Source of the DNA: Camelus dromedarius
Lineage: Eukaryota
NCBI RefSeq assembly: GCF_036321535.1
Contig: NC_087437.1
Span: 103,108,001-103,172,000, forward strand
Reading direction: 5' to 3'
DNA length: 64,000 nt
Part shown: positions 28,750-39,915 of the stretch, piece by piece
Layout of the letters: each line of letters starts with the position of its first letter
How positions within the stretch are numbered: position 1 is the first letter of the stretch
Program-made: the position numbers and the translations under genes
Notes under the pieces: generated by a model
The model's input: the letters and a program-made list of their open reading frames with translations, nothing else
The model's database searches: none
Told to the model about the DNA's origin: nothing

Positions 28750-29260
28750 TTTTTTTTTTTAATTAAAGTATAATTGACTCACAATTATATAAGTTTTCAG
28801 GTTTAGAACATAGTGATTTGATATTTTTATACATTAAAAAGTGATCACCAGGATGTCTTGTTATCACCATACAAAGTCGTTACTATATTATTGACTGTGT
28901 TCTTCAGGTCTTGATGTATTACATCCTTTGACTTAATTCATTTTATAACTGGAACTTTGTATCTGTTAATCTCTTTTCTCTATTTTGCCCACTACCCCAA
29001 ACCCCTTCCCTCTGGCAAAGAGCAGTTTGTTATCTTTATCAATGAGTCGATTTCTGTTTTATATTTATTTGGTTTTGGTTTTTTTTAGATTTCATATCTA
29101 AGTGAAATCATATGATGTTTGTCTTTCTCTGCCTGACTTAATTCACTTAGCATACATAATACTCTCTCGTTTTATCTATGTTGTTGCAAATGGCTGATGG
29201 CAGGATTTCATTCTTCTTTATGGCTGAGTCATATTTCATTGTGCATATTCATATATATAT
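28750..29260 (-). mobile_element. LINE-1 3' end (L1MA-like) with poly(T) tail
   Basis: T-run, then 'aattaaagtataattgac', 'ttttagatttcatatctaagtgaaatcatatg' and 'tttatggctgagtcatatttcattg'. Confidence 0.8.
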
Positions 29261-31184
29261 GGATAAAGAAAATAAATATGGTATCATTTTCTTTATCCAT
29301 TAACACATAAGATTCAGATTTGGTAGAGAAGCAATCATATGGATCCTTCCAATTCCTATGACTATGCTGAAAGAGAGCATAGAATCTGAGGGAGCACAAA
29401 GTAGGGAACCTTACTGACCATTGAAAGTTGTGGAAAGGCTGTGCTTGGTTACTGTGGAGCCTAGTTTTGGAGGCAGTCAGGTGAAGGTAAGGGCGGGCAC
29501 GTTGCAAGCTGAGGGAAAACCAGATGCGACTATGTCTGTGTAATATTCAGTACCTCTGCCAATAGGTGTCACTATCCAGCCAGTTCCCTTTTGGGGACAT
29601 TAAGTTATTTTGAGTTTTTGTTATTAGTATGACAATGCACTGAAAGTCCTTTCTATTAACATTTGATAATATTTCTACTTATTTTCTCTGGAAAGATTTC
29701 TAAGACAGGTCTGTAGAATGAAGATTATGAAGTTTTTTTTAAAGGCTTTTTATGCTCCTAAGGAATTGTCCCAATTATATTCCTCTCAAAATGTGTGATG
29801 AAGTCCACATCACTAAAATGTTGCGAGTACTGAATATTATAATTTTGTTGCTGGGTTGAACAGAAATACAATGGACTCTGGTTAAAATTGCACAGATTCA
29901 TATTCCAGACCTACAACTTAGTACTACAATAAGCTTGACAGCTCTTACTCCAGATCCTTCATGCTTATAACAGAATAACATCTTCCTCACAAGGTTATTA
30001 AAAAGATACATAGAATAAAATACATAAGCTTATGGTTGTATAGGAAGCATTCAATAAACACTTTATACTTCTGTGTGAGATTGGCATTAAAAACATACAG
30101 TAAAGCATATATAGGACAAGAATATTTAAATAACCATTTATGCATTTGTACTGGGGATTATAATTCTTATATATCTGATATATAATCTGTTGATGTAACA
30201 AAACTGGGAGGAAGTCATTTTTAAGTAATTTGAGTAGTAAAAGAAAACGTTTAATTTAGACAATTTGAAATGATAATTTATGAGGGATATTGAGTTCTAA
30301 TATTACTAATGACAATAATCAGTATAAGTATCAGCAACATTTTAGCTACCACTTAATTTGGGGTTATACTTTTGTGTAAATTTTTTTAAATGAATCCTCT
30401 CAATTATACAGTCAAGATACTGAGACTTGACGTTATGATTGATTGGCATTCGGTCTGTGTCCTAGCATGGAACAAGACGAAAAACCATGTCTGTGTGTCT
30501 TCACAATAAGATTATTTCAATAAAATTATATAATGTGTTTTCTACTTTTTCTTACTTACCACTAAAGAGGTCTGATCCAGATGCCTGAAGATTCACAGAG
30601 CATTATAGGAACTCAGTATTTAAATTAACTTATTGATTAAATTAAATCATGTCTAGTAATTAAAAACTAGAAATGATATTTCAGTGCAATATTTGTTGTT
30701 TAGTTGTGGTATTGCTATTTCAATTGAGATTTTATATCTGCCTTAAAATATTTTATAGAAGGAATTATATAACTAAGATAAGATTTAAAAAATGATGCAA
30801 GATCACTGATTTTATTAGCTTTTATCTTGAATTATCACTTTATAATGTGGCTTGTTTTCAGAAATATATTCCACTTACATAGAGAGCCATTAATTTACTA
30901 GATAGAAATTTTTGTCAGATTATTAAAAGCAAACAACTATTAAACTATTTCATAGTTTAATAATTGACCAACTTTGAATGTTTTTATATTAATATTAAAA
31001 TGCTTTAATGAAACAGTCAAATAGTATATTTTTATGAGTTCTGATATCACATATTAAATATATGAAATTAGAATTGCTGTGGTTTCTTTTTGTAGTCAAA
31101 CAATAATTACTATTGTTTTCACTAATTAAGTGACTATTTACCTTAAAGAAAAGGTCTATAATGTTATATTATATTGCTTTACAG

Positions 31185-31372
31185 ATGCTCCCAAGTTCGT
31201 ATCAAACCAAACAATTTATTACTCTTGGGAAGGAAATCCAATCAATATAAGCTGTGATGTGAAATCTAATCCACCAGCATCAGTCCACTGGAGAAGAGAG
31301 AAATTAGTTTTGCCAGCTAAAAACACCACTAATTTAAAGACTTATAGTGCAGGGAGAAAAATGATATTAGAG
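31185..31372 (+). CDS. NCAM2: NCAM2 coding exon (~exon 10, 188 nt), N-terminal half of Ig5
   Basis: tttacag|ATGCTCCC ... TTAGAG|gtaagt. T+AT=Tyr across the junction. Encodes [62 protein letters not shown] (Ig Cys and Trp). Confidence 0.97.
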
Positions 31373-32302
31373 GTAAGTCTTCATGTGTATATCAACAAAT
31401 TTTATTATTTTAGCAGTTATCTACTATTTTAGAATGCGTTTAAGTATCTTAATATATAAATGTAGTATACAACATTTTATCCTGTAGTGTATGTGTACCA
31501 TATTGTGTATTTCATGAAGAGAAATTTTATACATTTGGATCATAGTCCATTAATGTCTCACTATTTACTTTTATAGAAATATGGGTAAATAGCAAACGTC
31601 ATTATTTTTCATGAATTTATTTTTGAGAAATAAACAATTATATCAGAGGAAAATATAGGGAGAAAGAAAAATTTGTCAGTTATTGAAGGCCAAAAGTTCA
31701 ACTTCAGTGTTGCTAGTAGCCATTCGTTCTGTGATTACACCTTCCTGCTCCTTAGAGTGGCATATATAACTGCTGTCTACTGGCTACATAGTTACACGTT
31801 ACTAAATAAACCAGATTTACTTGACAGTGATCAGGAGTCCTTCCAATTTATGATGCTTTCAGAACAATTGGGAATTTTCTTCAGTCTTATTTAGCTAAAA
31901 AGATGCTACATTTTCTCTACTAATTCCATATACATGCATTTTAAAAACACATGTTTTAGAATAACACTTGATAGCCATATTGCATTAACTTAAAGATATT
32001 CTCATTGGTGCCATATTGACTCTTCTACCCAGTAATTAAACTTAGGAAAATATTTGGTTGATAAAAGGATTTAGCTATCATTTCCCCCAAATGTTTGGGT
32101 GACTGACTCTTTGGTAATTAAGCCACTTTGTCTAAATCTATTTCAATTTAAATTGCTTTTTTAAATATCTGTATTAGAAGGACTATCAATTGGCAAATTG
32201 ACAGGGAGATCAATTTTAGAGAGACGTTTGGGCAGATTTAATCTAAACTTTAGGTATTTAACCACAGTGAAAAATCGAGGTTAGACTTGACTTCAGTTTG
32301 GG

Positions 32303-32675
32303 GTAGTTTATTTGAGCATGGGGACTGCCATAACAAAAGACCACCGACTGGGTGGCTTAAAAAGAGAAATCATTTTTTTTCACACATTTCTGGAGGCTAG
32401 AAGTCCAATCTCAAGGTGCCAGAAGTGTTTCTGGCGAATTTTCTCTCATTGGTTTGTAGATACTGCCCTCTCACTGTGCACTCTGTGACCTTTCCTCTGT
32501 ACCTGCAGAGCGAGCTCTGGTGTCTTTTCTTCTAATAAGAAAGTCAGGCCCCACTCTGATGACCGCATTTAGCCTTAATTACCTTCCCAAAGATTCTATC
32601 TCTAGATACAGTCACATTAGAGATGAGGGTTTCAATAGTTGAATTCTGTGGGAGGACACGATGCAGTCCATAACA
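32303..32675 (-). mobile_element. MLT1A-like MaLR solo LTR
   Basis: 'ctgccataacaaaagaccaccgactgggtggcttaaa...ttctggaggctagaagtccaa...ggacacgatgcagtccataaca'. Confidence 0.85.
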
Positions 32676-35586
32676 GGCAGGTGTAAGTTCATGTTGAAAT
32701 GACAGACTAATCCGTCATCCGTGCTTTACTTCACCTTGCCACTTTTCAGTTTTTAGAATAGCTCATAATTCTCCATAATCAATGTCAAGTAACATTTTAT
32801 GAACTGACACTTGAATATCTTACTCATATAAAGCTCTCATGTCATTTAATCTTCTGCCTAAATGGCATTCCTCCCCACCCCAAAGTGAAAACTGCCATTG
32901 TTGTTACTTTTATACATAGCTAGGTAATCTGGTGGTTAAAGCACTGACCTTGAGCTACACTGTTTTTTGTGGGTGTGTATACTATTTTCAAAAATTAAAT
33001 TCAAATCCAGAATAAATAATATAGACATGTAACTAACCCAATTTAAAGATAAAACAAAGCAAAATAACAACAACAGCAACAACAACAACAAAAGCAATAA
33101 TAACTGTGACTAATTTTGATTACTAGCATCTATAGTTGCCTGGATAGTACCTGGTAATTATTTTTGTTTACTATTTATTATAATAGTCATGTAATTGCTA
33201 ATTTTTAAGAATATATAAAAACTGTAAAAAAATCAAGTTTACAATTAATAACAAATTGGTCAATAATAGATGTCTTGAATTAATTTTTGAAGTTTTCCCT
33301 TTTTTGATTAAATATTTGTATTCATTTTTAACTTAAGAATTTTAAAACATAGCAAAACATTTTTTGAATCTTTTGGGTTCCTGCCATGCCAATAAATGCA
33401 CTTCTGAGGTTCATTCAAATCTGTTCCTTTGTTTTTCCTGAGCACTCTCCTCAGGGAATAGTATAACTTTTCAATGTATGAGCAAAATTTGATGCCAGAA
33501 GTTTCCAACAGGTTGATTGGAATAATATTCTGCTCTGGATCATCTGCATTATTATTCCTTTTGGTCCAAGTAAAGATGCTGTTAAATAATTGGTTTTCTC
33601 ACCATGGAATACACAGAAAGAGGAAATCAAGTTTTGGAAGATTTAGGAAAGAGACTAGAGAACTCCTTTATTAGCATTGTACTCTCAGCATATATTTTGG
33701 TGTTCGAAACTGTGTCTGTTAATCTATTATATTCTATCAAAGTCCAGCATCTTAAGTAAAATGAATTATATTAACCGCATATTTAAATATGAAGAAGTGG
33801 TGTCGTAAGTAGATGTTCCTAGCACTTTGTGGATAAATATCAACAATAATTTGCATATTTTAACATTTAAGTATTTTTAAAACAAACAACATATATCTCT
33901 GTTGTATATTATTATGTATTTTGATAAAATTATCTATTATTTCACTGTGCTGGGATTGGATGTAAAACCACTACTGGACTTTACTTTCATACAGCTTCTC
34001 TATAACGCACCAGATATTCTGCAGGGCACGTGATTTGGCCCGGTTATGTCGAGATCTGTATTTTATTAATAGTCTGTGCTACTAGGAGTATTTTCTGTAT
34101 TTGTTAATCATACAGCATGATAAAGGTATTATTTATTTCAGAGAGAATTATTAAACTTTTGTTCTTGAGAGGTGAACTGCCAGGAACAGTAAAGCAAAAC
34201 AAAACTGAATTGAGACTTTTAAAAATTGTTCCAATGAAGACAGATACATTTAAATTAGTTTATTACTCCTGAGGAGCTGTGCAATAGTCAGGATTCTTTG
34301 ACATGGCTCTCCATCTTTGCATCGCATTGATTCAATGCACATTCTTCCCTAGTGGTATACCATACAAATAGCTCTCTCATATATCTGTATAATAAAGTGT
34401 TTTTTTGGTCAAATTCTTTTCTCACTAGTAAGATTATTTTAGAGTTAAAATAGCTTTGTATGTTGAAACCTGAATGTAAGAAAATTAATATTTTAATCAC
34501 TTAGAAGTACTTATATAAGAGCTGTTAAAGCTCCTAATCCTCAAACGTATGATCTCTTCCTAGATGGACAACTGACTAGAGAATGAATGACACAGCTTTT
34601 TTGTACTCTTTCAGAATTATCATCGTCAGTGGACCTCAAAATTGCACGTTTAGTTAATAGCCTCCCATTATCACAAAATCATCTTCCCCCTTTTGGATAG
34701 AGTTGAAATTAACAGCAACTCTTGTTGTAAGCATATTCTCTCTTAATTATAGTTACTGGGATTGAAAATTATATCTATTACTATCATCAAATCTCTTCTC
34801 TGAATTGATACTTCAGAATTTTGGTACGTTAGAATTACAGGGTTGGTCCCACAGTTCAGCAAGAGAATCATGGAAGGTTAACTTAATTATGGATTTCCAA
34901 TCTATAAAGATTGAGGTCAGCAATTTTCCCCCTAAACTGAAAGAGAATGATAGGAATTGAACAGAAGTAGAGGCAAGATACTGTTATTAGGTATCAAGAT
35001 AATGTCCCTGTCTACAGGGATTGCTACACAGGGCGATTCTTACAAAATCTCTTCCTGGAAATATTTTTCTCTTGAGTGTGTCCTCATCCTTTGTTAATAT
35101 TTTATATTCAATACAATCATAAAAAGAAGAGAAAGCTGACATATTTTGAGTCTTTCTTGAACTTTAAATCTGCCTAATTTTAGGCTGAAACTCAGAAAAC
35201 AAATAGGTATCAATGTCTCTGGTACAGGATTCCTGTTTTCAAAGTCAAGTCTGCAGCAATTGCAGAGTATATATTTTTCAAACTGTGTGCTAATCATATA
35301 TAAATATCTAGTGATTTTCTATTTAGTAGATACAACAAAATGATGACATTTATCTACTTAATAAATTGATAGATAAACTCTATTTTACTTAGTCCTATAG
35401 ATAGTATAGGTCCATGGATTACATCTGTAAAGGAGGTAATGCTCACTTGAAACAGAAAAAGACTTATAGCAAGAAGTTATGAATAATTGAATATGTGTAA
35501 AGATAGTAAGCATTAAGGAGTCTATTTTAAAGCTTCCGTGATGTTGTTTTAAAATTGTTAAACTTTTCTTATTATAATAATTTTAG

Positions 35587-35683
35587 ATTGCACCTACATC
35601 TGACAATGACTTTGGACGATATAATTGCACAGCAACTAACCGTATAGGAACAAGATTTCAAGAATATATTCTTGCTTTGGCTG
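35587..35683 (+). CDS. NCAM2: NCAM2 coding exon (~exon 11, 97 nt), C-terminal half of Ig5
   Basis: ttttag|ATTGCACCT ... TTGGCTG|gtaagt. Manual translation gives [32 protein letters not shown]. Not in the ORF track. Phases 0/1 fit both neighbours. Confidence 0.96.
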
Positions 35684-37188
35684 GTAAGTATAGCACAGTA
35701 ATTTCTGTGATCTCATAAAATATTTCTGGAAGCAATAGCTTTTACATTTTAGTAAGTCTGATCTAGGTTATGATTAGAAAGAAAGAATTGGCGCTTAAAA
35801 ATTTGGAACAGTTGTATCTGACATATAGTGAGGACTTAAACTGTATTCACTAATCAAGATTCATTTTAAACTTTTATCTAATTCCCTCAGCTTTATCTGT
35901 GATATATCTAGGAAAGAGGTAGGAAATATATGTCCTAAGAAGTCATCTTACATGTCACGTAAAGCAAGAATCCTGTCCAAAAAAATAAATAAATAAAAGA
36001 CATTTAGAGAAAGTAAAATTAATCTATTTTAAAATTTTAAATTTGAAAGTACAAAGGCAAATGGAAAAATGTTGGTTATATAACTTTTGCTGAGATATAT
36101 TTTATTTTATGTATATAAAAACATTCTAGCTCTTTACCTAAAGCTTAGCAATATAGAAATAATAATCATGTAAAGTAAAATTCACTTTAAATGGAAATTT
36201 GCTATGTTTTTATTTATTTTTGTGTGTATATATATATATAGACACACACATATATATAAGCATATATATTATAGAATTTGTCATTATGTTTTACAGGACT
36301 GATTATAAATCTGAAAGTATATATGTTTTATACTTTATATAGCTCAGATGATGCAAAAACATGAGTTATTGTCTTTTAAGTCTAGGTAGAGAAATAGCAG
36401 ACAGTTACTGTTATGTTATTTTTTAATAGAATAAATTTTTTAATAGAGTAATATTTATTTAATAGACTAATTACTATTTGATAGAATAATAATTATTTAA
36501 TAGAATAAATAAAAAATCTATTTTAATAGAATAAATAGATTCCATGAAAATGTTTTAAAACATTTTCAAAGTCGAGTTCTAATATATAACTGTAATTTTA
36601 TATTGTTATGTATATACTTATTAAAATACATTATACATTATTAAAATAATGTCATTAATTGTAAAGATCAAAAGGAAAATTTAAACATTTACAAAGCTAA
36701 TAATCACATCATTATGTAACTGGAAAACCTGGCTATTCTCCAATTTAACTTTTATTTTACTACTCTGGGAGAGAAGGGAGGGAGGGACTGTGTGAAAGGG
36801 TTTTAGGGAAGGAAGTAAGAAGGAAAAGGTTAAGATAAGAGGGAGTTAAGGTAGAAGGGAAAGGGAGCAGGAAGGGATGAAGGAAGGAAGGAAATAAACC
36901 AGTATGTGTTGTCTTTCATGAAGTCATAAGAAACTAATCTCAGTGAAAATCATGGGAAATAGACTCCATGCATTTAGGCATATGAATAAACCATTATACA
37001 AGCCAACTAAATTCTAGGAAAATGAAATGTACTAAGTCATATCAAATTGACTGATAATAAATTGAAGTATCATCTGTAATAATAAGAAGCAATTGCTACT
37101 CATATGAACCCCAAGCCTTAGGAAATTAGGCGAATTTCCTTGTAATTAGTAGGAACCTTTTATAAGTAACTAGATACATGATCGATGG

Positions 37189-37226
37189 ATCTGTCTATCT
37201 ATCTGTCTGTCTGTCTATCTATCTAT
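37189..37226. repeat. (TCTG/TCTA)n tetranucleotide repeat
   Basis: Directly visible. Confidence 0.85.
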
Positions 37227-38189
37227 AATTATATTAATACCAATACACTATTATATATTGCATTTTCTTACAAATTACCCAGTTTCCTATAAGGTAAAAT
37301 TTGATAAATGACCAAGACTTATTTGTGTAGTTTTTAAGGGTCTATAATTCTAGAAAAATATGCAAAATAGAACATTACATTGATGACATTTAAACAATCT
37401 TATTAAATTTATAGGAAATACTGTCTATACATCTTTGTATCTCATATTACTTACTGTAATTTTTTATTAAAAATATATTTGGTACATAACTTTCTAGTGA
37501 AGATTGGAAATTAGTGGGTTTCCCTCTTTCCAACCATAATAAAAAAATACAAAATGTGCATTCAAGTTAAGAGCTATTACGTTATCAGAAATATTTCTCA
37601 AAAGCTGTAATTCTCCATATAATCCAAAATATTGTGACAGATACAGGATAAGACTTTGTTTCGGAAAAAGATAAATTCAACTGAAATTGTTATGAAGATA
37701 TAAAATGAATTAGGCACAATGTCTGAGGTGGGAAGCATACATCAAAACTTATAAATGTGATTCCTCTGATAAGACCTCCTTATTTAATGCTTATAAAATT
37801 CAGTCATTCCTGAAGAATCTGAACACTGAAAGTGTAATGTGATTTCAAATAAACTATTATGAGAAACATTATGTAGAAATTTAAATATTTCAAAATATAT
37901 GTTAATACTGTAACTAAATATTTCATTTCACTATTTGACCTAGTAAAACAGGTCAACCATTTGACATATGGTATTTGACACTGTAACAGATCACTTTGGT
38001 TCCAAAGAGCAATAAATTAAAACAGTCAAAATTTAGCATGAAATATTGTGCTATGTATTAAGTGAAAAAAAAGGAAAAGCTTTTTTACTTTCTTTTGTTT
38101 TAAAAATCTTTCCTTCCTCCTTCTCTTTCTTCCTTATTTTCTTCCTCTTTTTCTCTCTTGAATAATTAAGTTCTACATCTGAGCAATGT

Positions 38190-39670
38190 CGACATCTGTA
38201 TTTGGGTGGGATGGTGCACAGCAGCCTGGCATGGAGTGTCAGACGCTGAGCAGAGTGGATGGAGTAAAGGGAGACTTATGTGGCCCAGTGTGAGGTGTTT
38301 GAGCCCATGTCAGGTGAAAAGGATGTCCATGTACCAAAACAGAATCAGCAACCCAGAGAAGAGTGTTGGAACCTGATCAGAGTAAGGAGGGTTCCAAATA
38401 AAGGAGCGGGGACAGTGATAGCTAAGTCATTTCTTCAAAAGTGGTAAGATTATCGTCACTAACATAGGGTATAATAAGGCATAGTTATCTTGCCTTTGGA
38501 GAAATGAGATGCAGGTAGGGAATGGGCAAATTAGAATGAGCCTAGGCTAATGATGGGTATTGAGGGTATTGGTGTGGACTCTGGTTTTATATACGTAGAT
38601 GGATAGAGAAAAGAGAAAAGAAATAAATGTGTGTAATAAAGGTAGTGGTGTGTGTGTGTGTGTGTGTGTGTGTGTTCAGCCATTTCTACAAGGAGTTTCT
38701 TCTTGTCAAGAATTTTATTTAAAAAAAAATTCTAAGCTAATTCTACCCACTCAGAGGACGTAAGAGCTGCAATATCCTAATAACAAAGAGCGCACCTGAC
38801 AGCTGGATCTTGATTTTTAAATACCATCCTTCACGAGAGTTACCAGGGCTCTTTGTAAAAATGGCTGACTCTGGGAGTGGGACAAAGAAAGTACAAGATA
38901 AGCCTGGAATAATGTGTTGTGCCATAAAGGAAGGACATTTTAAAAAAAGGATGGGGTATGTTAAAAACATTCATTATCCAACTTTAACAAACATAATGTA
39001 AATTAATCCAGCTAGGGACTATCAGTGGTTGCTAACAGGTGTGTGAAAATTAAACAAGAAAAATTAAATCAAAATTGTCTTAAGGTACCTACCCCCAAAT
39101 TATTAATTAATTACAAAATTAAAAAAAAAATAGCTTTCCAGTTGTTGGGACTAGCAGATCCCACTTCAATTAAGTGATCAAAGTTAGTATCACAGCAATG
39201 AGAAAATCAAACTTGCACACTTCCAGAAAGAGGCGATGAGAAGCACATAGAATAACTACTGTGATATTTTTTGCCAAAAATGCATAGTCAGAATCTAGCA
39301 CGAGGAAATGGAAGACAAATCCAAATTGAGGTACTTTCTACAAAATAGCCTTCAAAGTGTCAAAGCCATGAAAAACAGGAGTGTTTAAGGGAACTTTCCA
39401 GACTAAATGACAGTAAAGACACATAGCAAATAAATTCCATGTATGCATCCTTTTGTTATAAAGAGAATTATTTGGATAAGGATAAAATTTAGTTGCGGTC
39501 TTTGGATTAGATGGCAGTTTAATTGTTTCATAGATCTTCTGTCGGAGAATGTTATGCTGTAGTAAATAAATGCTAAATCTAGCATCAGGTCAACTTACTC
39601 TAAATGGTTCAGGTTAAAAAGAAAAGTTTCATGCACTCTTCTTGTAAATTTTCTATAAATACAATTTTTT
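38190..39670 (+). mobile_element. L1MC/L1MD-like long 3' UTR fragment, containing (TG)n at 38648-38675
   Basis: 'gatcttgatttttaaataccatc...ccagggctctttgtaaaaatggctgactc', 'aagtgatcaaagttagtatcac' and 'gacaaatccaaattgagg'. Confidence 0.65.
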
Positions 39671-39755
39671 TTAAAGAAACAAAAATAAAAAGGAAACAAA
39701 CTAAGACCAAAACCAAATATGTATAAGATAGAGCTACTTTAGTAAAGCAATAGCA

Positions 39756-39915
39756 GGGAGCATATAGCTCAGTGGTAGAGTGCTGCTTGGCATGCACGAG
39801 GTCCTGGGTTCAATCTCCAGTATATCCATTAAAAATAAATAACTAAACTTAATTACCTTTTCCCCTCCAACAAGGTGAGGTCTTTAAAATTTAAAAAAAA
39901 AAAAAAGAAAAGAAA
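39756..39915 (+). mobile_element. tRNA-Ala-derived SINE (camelid-type), copy 1
   Basis: Head 'tagctcagtggtagagtgctgcttggcatgcacgaggtcctgggttcaatctccagta' (A and B boxes), shared tail 'aaataaataactaaacttaattacc' and A-rich end. Confidence 0.85.
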
